Shown: positions 17,102-26,869 of the stretch, one piece after another | Position numbering within the stretch: the stretch's first letter is position 1 | How the letters are laid out: each line of letters opens with the position of its first letter | Assembly: GCA_902764415.1 (NCBI GenBank) | Contig: CACWVU010000009.1 | Coordinates: 3,438-67,437 of the forward strand | Reading direction: 5' to 3' | Length of the DNA: 64,000 nucleotides | DNA from: an uncultured bacterium | Lineage (GTDB): Bacteria > Verrucomicrobiota > Kiritimatiellia > RFP12 > UBA1067 | The notes under the pieces: model-generated | Told to the model about the DNA's origin: nothing | Seen by the model: only the letters and a program-made list of their open reading frames with translations | Databases searched by the model: none | Translations under genes and position numbers: made by a program

Positions 17102-20100
17102 TCAGATTTCGTTGAGCCCGGGCTTGAGCTCGAGCGACTGGCCGCCGTAGACGAACCTGCCGGCGACGGGCGTCCGCACGGTGCCAGTGGCCTTGCCGTC
17201 CGTGAACTTGAGCTCAACCTCGATCCAGCCCTTCGGGTGCGGGTGCGACGCCTTGAGCTCGCCGAGCGGACCGGGGCACGGCGCGACGAGCACCTTCTCG
17301 AAGAACGGCGCGTCGGACCTGATGCCGGCGAGCCCGGTCTGCATGAACCAGATCGGGTGCGCGCCCCAGGCGTGGCAGTCGCTTCTCGACTCCTGCTGCC
17401 CGTTCTTGCCCTTGTCCGGCGCCTCCTGCGTCGTGGCGAGGCCCTTCTTCACGTAGTCGCGCCAGAGGTCGAGCCGCTTGAGGAAGAGGTCGCCGCGCCC
17501 GTACTTGAAATACGCCTCGAAGAGATAGTACGAGAAATACACGGTGCAGCGCTTGAGGTTCCTGTCCTCGACGAGGTGGCGGAACGCGGCGGCGGCCTTG
17601 TCCTCGGGCAGGACTTCGCCGACGAGCGCGAGCGCCTGCGCGTGCTCCGAGAAGTCCTTCTTTGCCGGCGTATCGGCGAGGAGGGAGCGCCTCGGGTCCC
17701 AGAACTTCTCGACGATCTTCGCCTTCAGCGCCGCCGACTTCTCCTCCCAGTACTTCGCCTGGAGCTCGTGGCCGAGCGCGCGCTCGACCGCCGCGGCGGA
17801 GCGCATGGCGAGGTTCCAGTAGAGGTTGAGCTCGGCGTTGACGCCGTCGCCGAAGCGGCAGCCGCGCGCGGTGCCGTCGCCGTCCCAGCCGTCCGTCCAG
17901 TCCATGAAGTTCCAGCCCGGCAGGTTCTCGAGCAGTCCGTCCCTGTTCTCGTAGTACTCCATGCCCGCCATCGACTTCCTGAGGCCGGGCAGCCGCGCGC
18001 GCAGCCACTCGCGGTCGGCGTGGTTCATCACGTAGTCGCCGTACATCAGGAGGTAGCAGAGCGTGTAGCTCGCGCCCTCCTGGAGCCCGCGCGTCGGATA
18101 GTTGAACGGACACTGTCCGTCGTCGCGCGTGTTGAGGTCGTAGATCTCGATCGCGCGCCTGATGATGCGGTCGTCGCGCGACATCGCGGAGAGGACGTTC
18201 AGCTGCACGCGCGTGTCGCCGGGATACATCTGCTGCTCGTAGAACGGACAGTCGAAGAGCATCTCGTGGCAGCACATCTGCATCGCGCGCGCGGAGATGC
18301 GGCGGATGTCGGCGAGGGACGCGTCGTCGGCCGACGAGAACGCGCTTTCCAGCTCCACCGGATAGCGCGACTCGATGAGCGCGACGGAGTCGACCGCGAG
18401 CGGCTCGTCGCCGGTCTCGACGTCTATCCTCACCCACTTGCCGCAGCGGAACCACGGAGCGGAGAAATGCGCCTTTTCGCGTCCGTCGGAGACGAACGTG
18501 TCGCCGAAGGCGTTCAGGTAGCGGCCGACGATCGCATCACGCGAGCCGGGCTCGCTCGTCTTGAGCTTGCTGTCGCCGCGCAGCGTCGCCTCGGCGAAGT
18601 TGAGCGAGAACTTCGCGCCCTTGCCGCCGGAGAGGACGACGTCCGGGTAGGCGCAGTAGTAGTTGCCGAGGTCCCACGCAAGCTGCATCTTCGTGCGCGC
18701 GGGGACGGTGAACGGCTTGGAGAGGTCGACCGTCTCCTTCGCCTCGTCCTCGGTGTAGACGTGGGGGCGGCGGAATTCCGTTCCCCTGGCGACCGCCTTG
18801 ACCCTGCCGGGCGTGCAGCGGATCTCGGTCTGGTCGGGGAGCTGCGAGGGGAAGAGCATCCACCCGGTCGTGCGGATGCCGTAGATGAACGGGCCGGGCA
18901 CGCCCGCGCTGCCGCGCACGACCTCCGGCTTCGTCCACTCGGCCGGCTCGCCGGAATACGGACCGCACCCGGTGATCTCGAACTGGTCGCCGCCGCCCCA
19001 GGGTCCGCCGTCCTTGCCGGCGGGGCGGATCCCGCCCACGCGCCCGACCCGCCAGTCGCCCTTCCCGGTCGTTAGAGCGCCGTCAAACGCGCCGTTCGCC
19101 TTGAAGATAAAACCGCCGCGATACGAAAGTTGCGCGAGCGGAGCCGAGTCGCCGAGGACCTGCACGTACGCCTCGAAGACGTGGCGCCCCGGCTTCAGGT
19201 CCGCGACGTAGGTCTGGTACTGCCAGTTCTCCACCGTGCCGCGGTTGGGACCGCGCGCGACGAACTCGCCGTCGAGGAGGAGCACGAAGCGCTCGTCGGC
19301 CGAGACGTCGAAGACGAGCGGGTCCGCACCTTCCGCGACCTCGAACTCGTTGCGGAACTTGACGAGGCAGAATCTTTCGTTCGCCGCGCCCGGCAGCCAC
19401 AGCCAGGACGCGTCGTCGATCGGCTGCACCTTGAGGATGTTGGTGTTGCCGCGGGTGACGCGAGCGTCGCGGAGGGCGCGGCGGACTGTGGCGCCGCCTT
19501 CGACGGCGTCCATCGCGGCGCTGCGGAGGACCTTCGCACGGCCGTCGTCGAGCCAGTCCGGCCGGTATTCGCACTTGCGCACGTCGGCGCCGAAGAGCTT
19601 GGCCGTCCATACCAGCCCCTGCAGGTACTGCCCCTGCCGGTTGAAGTGGAAGTCCGGACGGGTGAAGAGCTGGTTGCGGTCGTCGACGAACTCCGCCGCG
19701 GTGCCGACGGGAATGACCTCCAGGGCGTGCCGCTTCGCGAACGCGGCGTAGGCCGCCTTCAGCCGCGCATACATCTCGACCTGGTCGAAGCCGTATTTCC
19801 CGAGACGCCGGTCCCACGGCGGATAGCTCCACGTCTCCTGCACGACGATCTTCGCCTGCGGCGCGAGTTCGCGGATCTTCGCGACGAGCCTGTCGCCCTC
19901 GGGCTGGAACGTCGACGGGTTCCAGCTGTCGTGGCTCGCCTGCTGGACCGTCACCACGTCCCACTTCTCCATCGCCAGCGCGTCGGGGATGTTGGCGCGT
20001 CCGTCCGAGACCTCGGCCTTGCCGTCGGCAGTGCGGTCGAAGCGGTACGGCTTGAACGCGGCGTTGGTGGAGGCGACCACGTTGCTCCAGTGGCGCTTGA

Positions 20101-20311
20101 GCGAGCAGCCGGGGATGTAGAGCGAGCCGAGGTCGAGCTTGAGGCCCATCGACTTCGCGATCGGCGGCATCTCCTTCAGGTTGCAGATCGAGAAGCTGTT
20201 TCCGATCATCAGCACCTTGAGGGGTTTCTCTTCTGCGGCCGCGGCGGACTCGGCGGCGGGGGCGAACGACGCCACGGCGCACGCCGCGGCCAACAGGATG
20301 ATTTTCTTCAT
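17102..20311 (-). CDS. Secreted two-domain hydrolase: DUF4886/SGNH-like N-terminal domain + alpha-L-rhamnosidase-like (GH78-like six-hairpin) domain
   Basis: Signal peptide MKKIILLAAACAVASFAPAAE. VLMIGNSFSICNLKEMPPIA...LYIPGCSLKRHW is DUF4886-like. FDCPFYEQQMYPGDTRVQ and SRSDCHAWGAHPIWF are typical of the GH78-type (alpha/alpha)6 domain. Confidence 0.65.
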   Translation of the reverse strand: MKKIILLAAACAVASFAPAAESAAAAEEKPLKVLMIGNSFSICNLKEMPPIAKSMGLKLDLGSLYIPGCSLKRHWSNVVASTNAAFKPYRFDRTADGKAEVSDGRANIPDALAMEKWDVVTVQQASHDSWNPSTFQPEGDRLVAKIRELAPQAKIVVQETWSYPPWDRRLGKYGFDQVEMYARLKAAYAAFAKRHALEVIPVGTAAEFVDDRNQLFTRPDFHFNRQGQYLQGLVWTAKLFGADVRKCEYRPDWLDDGRAKVLRSAAMDAVEGGATVRRALRDARVTRGNTNILKVQPIDDASWLWLPGAANERFCLVKFRNEFEVAEGADPLVFDVSADERFVLLLDGEFVARGPNRGTVENWQYQTYVADLKPGRHVFEAYVQVLGDSAPLAQLSYRGGFIFKANGAFDGALTTGKGDWRVGRVGGIRPAGKDGGPWGGGDQFEITGCGPYSGEPAEWTKPEVVRGSAGVPGPFIYGIRTTGWMLFPSQLPDQTEIRCTPGRVKAVARGTEFRRPHVYTEDEAKETVDLSKPFTVPARTKMQLAWDLGNYYCAYPDVVLSGGKGAKFSLNFAEATLRGDSKLKTSEPGSRDAIVGRYLNAFGDTFVSDGREKAHFSAPWFRCGKWVRIDVETGDEPLAVDSVALIESRYPVELESAFSSADDASLADIRRISARAMQMCCHEMLFDCPFYEQQMYPGDTRVQLNVLSAMSRDDRIIRRAIEIYDLNTRDDGQCPFNYPTRGLQEGASYTLCYLLMYGDYVMNHADREWLRARLPGLRKSMAGMEYYENRDGLLENLPGWNFMDWTDGWDGDGTARGCRFGDGVNAELNLYWNLAMRSAAAVERALGHELQAKYWEEKSAALKAKIVEKFWDPRRSLLADTPAKKDFSEHAQALALVGEVLPEDKAAAAFRHLVEDRNLKRCTVYFSYYLFEAYFKYGRGDLFLKRLDLWRDYVKKGLATTQEAPDKGKNGQQESRSDCHAWGAHPIWFMQTGLAGIRSDAPFFEKVLVAPCPGPLGELKASHPHPKGWIEVELKFTDGKATGTVRTPVAGRFVYGGQSLELKPGLNEI

Positions 20312-20317
20312 GTGCGC

Positions 20318-20326
20318 ATTATACCA
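20318..20326 (-). promoter_or_regulatory. Extended -10 promoter TGGTATAAT, leaderless layout (6 nt to ATG 20311)
   Basis: Plus strand attatacca. Confidence 0.5.
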
Positions 20327-20349
20327 TAATTTTGGTCCTGGGGTTGTGG

Positions 20350-20370
20350 CGAACCACGAACCACGAATAT
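20350..20370. repeat. Heptamer array CGAACCA CGAACCA CGAATAT abutting the parC -10 box
   Basis: Read directly; same module as upstream of rho. Confidence 0.75.
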
Positions 20371-20378
20371 GCTATAAT
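20370..20378 (+). promoter_or_regulatory. Extended -10 promoter TGCTATAAT for parC
   Basis: gaatatGCTATAATacac; 31-nt leader to ATG 20410. Confidence 0.5.
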
Positions 20379-20409
20379 ACACATTCCAACAATTTCCAAA
20401 ACGAAGAAG

Positions 20410-22647
20410 ATGCCCAAGAAGAACCCAAAGAAGACGTCCCAGCCGCCCAGCCTGTTCGAGACCCTCGATCTGTTCCAGCCCGCCGCAGGCGCGGCAGGCG
20501 GCAAGCCGGCCGCCAAGAGCCCCGCACCCAAGGCCCCGAGCCCCGAGCAACGAACCACGAACCACGAACCACGAACCACGCCTCCAGACCTGTCGCTCAC
20601 CGGCTCCGGCCCGATGCGCGACCTCTACGACTTCAACTTCCGCCAGTACTCCGCCTACGTCATCTGCTCGCGCGCCATCCCTGCCGTCGAGGACGGGCTC
20701 AAGCCGGTGCAGCGCCGCATCCTCCACTCGCTTTGGGAGAAGGACGACGGCCGCTACACCAAGGTCGCCAACATCGTCGGCCACGCCATGCAGTACCATC
20801 CGCACGGCGACGCCTCGATCGGCGACGCGATCGTGGTGCTGGCGAACAAGCTCTGGGGCGAGGGCCGCGGCTACCTCATCGACGGCCAGGGCAACTACGG
20901 CTCGCTCTACACCGGCATGCCCCACGCGGCGACGCGCTACATCGAGTGCCGCCTCACCGCGCTCGCCCGCGACCACGTTTTCAACCCCAAGACCACCGCC
21001 TACGTGGACAGCTACGACGGCCGCAACAAGGAGCCGGTCTACCTGCCCTCGAAGCTGCCGCTGCTGCTGATGCTGGGCGCGGACGGCATCGCCGTCGGCC
21101 TCTCCACCGCCATCCTGCCGCACAACTTCGTCGAGCTCCTCGAGGCGGAGATCGCCGTCATCCAGAAGAAGCCGTTCGAGCTTCTGCCCGATTTCCAGCT
21201 CGGCGGGATCATGGACGCGAGCGACTACCAGGACGGCCTCGGCAAGGTGAAGGTCCGCGCGCGCATCGACGCCTCCGAGAAGGGCAAGCTCGTCATCACC
21301 GAGCTGCCCTGGGGCGAGACCACCGACACCATCTCGGAGTCGATCGAGGACGCCGTCAAGAAGAAGAAGGTGTCCGTCCGCAAGATCCACGACCTCACCA
21401 GCGAGTCGGTCCGCATCGAGCTCGAGCTCGCCGCCGGCGCCTCGCCGGAGAAGACCATGACCGCGCTCTACGCCTTCACCAGCTGCGAGAAGTCGATCTC
21501 GTCGCGCCCGGTGGTGCTCGTCGACGGCCGCCCGAGGCTGATGAAGGTGTCGGAGATCCTCCGCGCCAACGTCGAGCGGCTCATGGAGCTCACGAAGCGC
21601 GAGCAGGAGATCAGGCTCGGCGAGCTCGACGACCTTTTCCACGCGCGCACGCTCGACCGCATCTTCATCGAGGAGCGCATCTACAAGCGCATCGAGTCCG
21701 AAAAGACCATGGAGGGCGTGCGCGAGGCGGTCCGCACCGGGTTTGCGCCCCACATGAAGGAGCTGCGCCGTAAGGAGATCTCCGACGACGACATCGAGCG
21801 GCTCCTCAAGCTGCAGATCCGCCGCATCTCCCAGTTCGACATCGACCGCAACCGCGCCGAGATCAAGGCCATCCGCGACGAGGAGGCGCAGGTGAAGGAC
21901 AACCTAGTCCACCTCCGCGCCTTCACCGTCTCCTACCTCAAGGGACTCGTCAGGGACTACCGCAAGAAGTACCCGCGCTGCACCCAGGTCGCCAGGAGTG
22001 CCTTCAAGGAGGTGGACGTGCGCGCCATCACCGCCACGGAGCTCACCATCCGCTGGGACAAGGAGAACCACTACCTCGGCTCCGGGGTCCGCGGCGGCGA
22101 GGAGCTCTTCAAGTGCTCCTCGCTTGACGAGCTCATCCTCGTCTGGCGCGACGGGCGCTTCCGGAAGATCCAGCCCGAGGACAAGACCTTCGTCGACAAG
22201 GACCTCATCCAGGTCATCCGCTACGACCAGGAGAAGGACCGCGACTCGCGCACCTTCACCTGCGTCTACGAGGAGGGCGGCTACGGCTTCAGCTACATCA
22301 AGCGCTTCGCCTTCGGCGGGCTCATCCGCAACAAGGAGTACCGCCTCGCGCCGGAGAAGCCGAAGTCGAAGGTGCTGCTGTTCGCCGAAGGCTGCCAGGA
22401 GACGCTCTACGTGAAGTACAAGCCGGCGAAGGGCCAGAAGATCCACCAGCAGCACTTCCACCCCCTCGAGCTCGTCGACCGCGTCAACCGCGAGACCGGC
22501 AAGGCCGAGAAGCAGGAGGTGGTGCCGGTCCGCGCCGCCGGTGCCAAGGGCAAGCAGCTCACCACCAAGCCCATCGCGCGCCTCGGCTTCTCCAAGGGTT
22601 CGTGGTGGGACGACTCCGAGCCGCCTTCCAAGGGCGTGCTCGACTGA
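20410..22647 (+). CDS. parC: DNA topoisomerase IV subunit A (Bacteroidota-type ParC-like)
   Basis: YSAYVICSRAIPAVEDGLKPVQRRILHSLWEKDDGRYTKVANIVGHAMQYHPHGDASIGDA; catalytic Tyr motif AATRYIECRL. Start placed at the first ATG after the promoter, with an alternative Met at 20614. The N-terminal ~65 aa are low complexity and include the heptamer array. Confidence 0.85.
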   Translation: MPKKNPKKTSQPPSLFETLDLFQPAAGAAGGKPAAKSPAPKAPSPEQRTTNHEPRTTPPDLSLTGSGPMRDLYDFNFRQYSAYVICSRAIPAVEDGLKPVQRRILHSLWEKDDGRYTKVANIVGHAMQYHPHGDASIGDAIVVLANKLWGEGRGYLIDGQGNYGSLYTGMPHAATRYIECRLTALARDHVFNPKTTAYVDSYDGRNKEPVYLPSKLPLLLMLGADGIAVGLSTAILPHNFVELLEAEIAVIQKKPFELLPDFQLGGIMDASDYQDGLGKVKVRARIDASEKGKLVITELPWGETTDTISESIEDAVKKKKVSVRKIHDLTSESVRIELELAAGASPEKTMTALYAFTSCEKSISSRPVVLVDGRPRLMKVSEILRANVERLMELTKREQEIRLGELDDLFHARTLDRIFIEERIYKRIESEKTMEGVREAVRTGFAPHMKELRRKEISDDDIERLLKLQIRRISQFDIDRNRAEIKAIRDEEAQVKDNLVHLRAFTVSYLKGLVRDYRKKYPRCTQVARSAFKEVDVRAITATELTIRWDKENHYLGSGVRGGEELFKCSSLDELILVWRDGRFRKIQPEDKTFVDKDLIQVIRYDQEKDRDSRTFTCVYEEGGYGFSYIKRFAFGGLIRNKEYRLAPEKPKSKVLLFAEGCQETLYVKYKPAKGQKIHQQHFHPLELVDRVNRETGKAEKQEVVPVRAAGAKGKQLTTKPIARLGFSKGSWWDDSEPPSKGVLD
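20551..20578. repeat. Four perfect tandem CGAACCA heptamers inside the parC N-terminal extension
   Basis: cgaacca x4, encoding QRTTNHEPRTT. The same NHEPR peptide appears in the uvrA insertion. Confidence 0.85.
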
Positions 22648-22682
22648 CCGATGGCATGCCGAGGTGACGAGGAACCGGACAG

Positions 22683-23747
22683 ATGATCGGAGCGGATAGA
22701 TTCGTCGAAGCGCTGAAGGCCGCGGGGGTCGACTTCTTCACCGGCGTCCCGGACTCGCTGCTGAAGTCGTTCTGCGCGTATGTCACCGACACCTGCGGCG
22801 GCAGCCACGTAATCGCCGCGAACGAAGGCGGCGCGGTCGGGCTGGCCGCCGGGCACTATCTGGCCACGGGGAACCCCGCGCTCGTCTACATGCAGAACTC
22901 TGGGCAGGGCAACGCGGTGAATCCGCTCTGCAGCCTCGCCGACCCCGACGTCTATTCCATCCCGATGGTGCTGCTCGTCGGATGGCGCGGCGAGCCGGGC
23001 GTGAAGGACGAGCCCCAGCACGTCAAGCAGGGCAAGGTGACGATTCCACTCTTCGAGACGCTCGGCATCCCGGCCGAGATCCTTCCGGACGACGACGAAT
23101 CCGCGGCGGATGCGGTGCGGAGGATGGCCGGCCTGGCCAGGGCCGAGTCGCGCCCGGTCGCGCTCGTCGTCCGCAAGGGGCTTTTCGCCGAATACAGGCT
23201 CCGGGACAGGAGGCCGGACATCGCGGCGCTTCCGCGCGAGCAGGCGATCGAGGACATATTGAAGTCGCTGCCGGAAGGCGCGGTCGTCGTCTCGACCACC
23301 GGCATGATCTCCCGCGAGGTGTACGAGACGCGCGAGCGGCTCGGGCAGGACCACTCGCGCGACTTCCTGACCGTCGGCTCGATGGGGCACGCGGTCATGA
23401 TCGCGCTCGGGATCGCCAGGGCGCAGCCGAACCGCCGCGTCTTCTGCCTCGACGGCGACGGCGCGAGCATAATGCAGATGGGCAACATGGCGATCGCCGG
23501 ACAGTCCGGGTGCGGGAACCTGACGCACATCGTCCTCAACAACGCGGCGCACGATTCCGTCGGCGGACAGCCGACCGTCGGCGGCGCGATTGGCCTTTCC
23601 GCGATCGCGGAATCATGCGGCTACAACCGCCCCGGCTCGCCGGTGTTCAGGGAAATCAGGGTCGCCAAGGGCGCGCGCGGCGACCTGGGCCGTCCGAAGG
23701 AACCGCCGCAGGCGAACAAGAAGCTGTTCATGGGGACGCTGGCGTAG
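22683..23747 (+). CDS. aepY: Phosphonopyruvate decarboxylase
   Basis: ThDP enzyme: N-terminal FTGVPDS..., ThDP motif CLDGDGASIMQMG...LNNAAHDSVGGQPT, C-terminal KGARGDLGRP..NKKLFM typical of Ppd. Clustered with the PEP mutase gene. Confidence 0.85.
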   Translation: MIGADRFVEALKAAGVDFFTGVPDSLLKSFCAYVTDTCGGSHVIAANEGGAVGLAAGHYLATGNPALVYMQNSGQGNAVNPLCSLADPDVYSIPMVLLVGWRGEPGVKDEPQHVKQGKVTIPLFETLGIPAEILPDDDESAADAVRRMAGLARAESRPVALVVRKGLFAEYRLRDRRPDIAALPREQAIEDILKSLPEGAVVVSTTGMISREVYETRERLGQDHSRDFLTVGSMGHAVMIALGIARAQPNRRVFCLDGDGASIMQMGNMAIAGQSGCGNLTHIVLNNAAHDSVGGQPTVGGAIGLSAIAESCGYNRPGSPVFREIRVAKGARGDLGRPKEPPQANKKLFMGTLA

Positions 23748-24452
23748 ATGGGGGAAGTCGCGATATTGATGGCGGCGGGGCTTGGCAGCCGCATGAAGCC
23801 GCTGACCGACACGGTGGCCAAGCCGCTGGTCAGGGTGAACGGCGTGCCGCTGATCGAGACCGTGATCGCGGCGCTGGAGAAGCGCGGCGTTTCCGACATC
23901 TACGTCGTGACCGGCTACAGGGCGGAGCAGTTCGACGCGCTGGCCGCAGCCCATGGAAACGTCAGCCTGGTGCACAACGCGGAGTACGCGACGAAGAACA
24001 ACCTCAATTCCATTGCCGTGGCGGCCGACAGGATGGGCGAGTCCGACTGCTTCGTCTGCGAGGCCGACCTGTTCGTCCCCTCGCCCGACGTCCTGTGCCG
24101 GAACCTCGTCCAGTCGGGCTATTTCGGCAAGATGGTCGCCGGCCATTCGGACGACTGGGTGTTCGACACGGACGCCAAGGGCAGGATTACGCGAATCGGG
24201 AAGGGCGGCGACGACTGCTTCAACATGGTCGGCATCAGCTACTTCAGGCAGCCTGACGCCGCCAGGATCGCCGCGGCGGTTCGAGAGGCCGCCAAGGATC
24301 CCGGGAACGCGCAGCTGTTCTGGGACGAGGTCGTCGACCGCCTGGTGAAGGACGGCGAACTGGATCTGGCTGTGCACGAGGTCGCGCCCGGCGAGATCGT
24401 CGAGTGCGACACGGTGGAGGACCTGAGAAAACTGGAGCTGGAGCTGAAATGA
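23748..24452 (+). CDS. LicC/PntC-like nucleotidyltransferase (putative AEP cytidylyltransferase)
   Basis: AILMAAGLGSRMKPLTDTVAKPLVRVNG (GxGxR NTP-transferase loop), about 230 aa, inside the phosphonate operon. Confidence 0.65.
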   Translation: MGEVAILMAAGLGSRMKPLTDTVAKPLVRVNGVPLIETVIAALEKRGVSDIYVVTGYRAEQFDALAAAHGNVSLVHNAEYATKNNLNSIAVAADRMGESDCFVCEADLFVPSPDVLCRNLVQSGYFGKMVAGHSDDWVFDTDAKGRITRIGKGGDDCFNMVGISYFRQPDAARIAAAVREAAKDPGNAQLFWDEVVDRLVKDGELDLAVHEVAPGEIVECDTVEDLRKLELELK

Positions 24453-25570
24453 ACATCAAACGCAACATTCTGCTGAATCCGGGGCCGGCCACGACATCGG
24501 ACTCCGTGAAACTGGCCCAGGTCGTCCCCGACATCTGCCCGCGCGAAAGGGATTTCGCAGTCCTCATGCAGGGACTCCGCCGCGACCTGGTGCGGATCGT
24601 CCACGGCGACGAACGCTACACGAGCGTCCTTTTCTGTGGTTCCGGCACCATGAACATGGATGTCTGCCTGAACTCGCTGCTGCCGGCGGGGAAGAAGGTC
24701 CTGGTCGCCAACAACGGCGCGTACTCCGCGCGCGCGGTCGAGATCTGCGAGGCGTACGGCCTTCCCCACGTCAATCTCAGGCTGCCGGTGGAGCGCCCGG
24801 TCGACGTGGACGCGGTGGAAAGGGCGCTGGCGGACGATCCCGACGTCGCGCTCGTCTACACCACCCACCACGAAACCGGTTCCGGCGTGCTGAATCCGAT
24901 CCGCGAGATCGGGGCCGCGGCGCACCGCCGCGGATGCACGTTCGTCGTCGACACCACCTCGACGTACGCGATGCGCCCGATCAACATCGTGGAGGACAAC
25001 GTCGATTTCCTGATGGCAAGCGCGCAGAAGGGCCTTCAGTCGATGACGGGGCTCTCGTTCGTCGTCGGGCGCGAGGACAAGATCCGCGAATCCGCCGCGT
25101 TCCCGCGGCGTTCATACTACTGCAACCTCTTCCTGCAGTACGACTATTTCGAGAAGACCGGCGAGATGCATTTCACGCCGCCTGTCCAGACGGTCTACGC
25201 GACGCTCCAGGCGCTCCGGGAGTACTGGGCCGAGGGCGAAGAGGCCAAGTGGGCGCGCCATACGCGCGTGTTCGAGGCGATCCACAGGGGGCTTGCCGAG
25301 CTCGGCTTCAGGGACCTCGTCAGGCGCGAGTACCAGAGCGGGCTGGTCGTGTCCGTGTGCTATCCGGACGATCCCAACTGGTCGTTCGAGAAGGTCCACG
25401 ACTACTGCTATGAACGCGGCTTCACCATCTATCCCGGCAAGGTCGGTTCCGCCAGGACGTTCCGCCTCTGCGCGCTCGGGCAGATCGACGAGCCCGACAT
25501 CGCGGCGTTCTTCAAGGTGCTGAAGGCCGCTCTTCAGGAATACAAGATCGAGGTGAGGTACAATGGATAG
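24449..25570 (+). CDS. aepZ: 2-aminoethylphosphonate:pyruvate aminotransferase
   Basis: Class V aminotransferase: LLNPGPATTSDSV, PLP-lysine context MASAQKGLQSMTGLSFV. ATG overlaps the previous stop (ATGA). The ORF-track start at 24404 was rejected. Confidence 0.8.
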   Translation: MNIKRNILLNPGPATTSDSVKLAQVVPDICPRERDFAVLMQGLRRDLVRIVHGDERYTSVLFCGSGTMNMDVCLNSLLPAGKKVLVANNGAYSARAVEICEAYGLPHVNLRLPVERPVDVDAVERALADDPDVALVYTTHHETGSGVLNPIREIGAAAHRRGCTFVVDTTSTYAMRPINIVEDNVDFLMASAQKGLQSMTGLSFVVGREDKIRESAAFPRRSYYCNLFLQYDYFEKTGEMHFTPPVQTVYATLQALREYWAEGEEAKWARHTRVFEAIHRGLAELGFRDLVRREYQSGLVVSVCYPDDPNWSFEKVHDYCYERGFTIYPGKVGSARTFRLCALGQIDEPDIAAFFKVLKAALQEYKIEVRYNG

Positions 25571-26867
25571 GAAAGTCTACACCTGTTTCTGCACGGCCGT
25601 AATCCACAAGGGGCACCTCAACATCATCAGCGAGGCGCGGAAGCTCGGCGAGGTGACGGTCGGCGTCCTCTCCGACGAGGCGATGATCCGCTACAACCGC
25701 TTCCCGACCTGCACGTTCGAGGAGCGCGTCGCGGCCGCCAGGAGCATCGAGGGGGTGGCCAACGTCGTCGTCCAGAAGGACATGATGTACGACGAGGTGA
25801 TCGCCGAGCTGCGGCCGGACTACGTGATCCACGGCGACAACTGGTGCAACCCCGAGGCGCCGGAGTTCTTCATCCGCCAGAACGTCGAGTCGTGCCTCGC
25901 GAAGTACGGCGGCAGGATCGTCGACGTGCCCTACACGTTCGATCCGGAGGTGAAGCGCATCGACGACCTCGACCGCGAGCGGCTTGCCATGCCGGAGTTC
26001 CGCCGGCGGCGGCTCAGGCAGCTCATCCGGCTCTGCCCGATCGTCAAGACGATCGAGGCGCATTCGGGGCTGACCGGGCTCATCGCGGAGAAGACGGTCG
26101 TGCGCCAGGCGGACGGACGCCTCGACCAGTTCGACGCGATGTGGGTGTCGTCGCTCTGCGATTCCACCGCCAAGGGCAAGCCGGACATCGAGATCGTCGA
26201 CATGTCCTCGCGGCTGCGCACCATCGACGACATCATGGAGGTCACCACCAAGCCCATCATCCTCGACGGCGACACGGGCGGCCTCGCCGAGCATTTCGTC
26301 TACAACGTCCGGACGCTGGAGCGCATCGGCGTGTCGGCCGTGATCATCGAGGACAAGTGCGGGCTCAAGAAGAACTCGCTCTTCGGCACCGAGGTCAGTC
26401 AGACCCAGGACTCCATCGATAACTTCTGCGCCAAGATCGCCGCGGGCAAGGACGCGCTCCGCACCAAGGAGTTCATGGTCATCGCCCGCTGCGAGTCGCT
26501 GATCCTCGAGCGGGGGATGGACGACGCGCTCGACCGCTGCCGCGCCTATGTCGCCGCCGGGGCCGACGGCATCATGATCCATTCCCGCAAGAAGGACCCG
26601 GCCGAGATTCTCGAGTTCTGCGACAGGTTCCGCGCCGCGGACGCCGCCACGCCGATCGTGGTCGTCCCGACCTCGTTCAACACGGTGACGGAGGCGGAGC
26701 TCGCCGCGCACGGGGTGAACATCTGCATCTACGCCAACCAGCTCACCCGCGCCGCGTTCCCGGCGATGCAGTCCGTCGCGCAGGACCTGCTGAAGTACCA
26801 CCGGGCGCTGGAGGTCGACTCCAGGCTGATGCCCTTCAAGAAGATCATAACCCTGATCGACGGCTGA
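25563..26867 (+). CDS. aepX: Phosphoenolpyruvate phosphomutase with N-terminal cytidylyltransferase-like domain
   Basis: HxGH motif (CTAVIHKGHLNII) followed by the PEP mutase core: EAHSGLTGLIAE, WVSSLCDSTAKGKPD, ILDGDTGG, VIIEDKCGLKKNSLFG, IARCES. Confidence 0.85.
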   Translation: MDRKVYTCFCTAVIHKGHLNIISEARKLGEVTVGVLSDEAMIRYNRFPTCTFEERVAAARSIEGVANVVVQKDMMYDEVIAELRPDYVIHGDNWCNPEAPEFFIRQNVESCLAKYGGRIVDVPYTFDPEVKRIDDLDRERLAMPEFRRRRLRQLIRLCPIVKTIEAHSGLTGLIAEKTVVRQADGRLDQFDAMWVSSLCDSTAKGKPDIEIVDMSSRLRTIDDIMEVTTKPIILDGDTGGLAEHFVYNVRTLERIGVSAVIIEDKCGLKKNSLFGTEVSQTQDSIDNFCAKIAAGKDALRTKEFMVIARCESLILERGMDDALDRCRAYVAAGADGIMIHSRKKDPAEILEFCDRFRAADAATPIVVVPTSFNTVTEAELAAHGVNICIYANQLTRAAFPAMQSVAQDLLKYHRALEVDSRLMPFKKIITLIDG

Positions 26868-26869
26868 GG

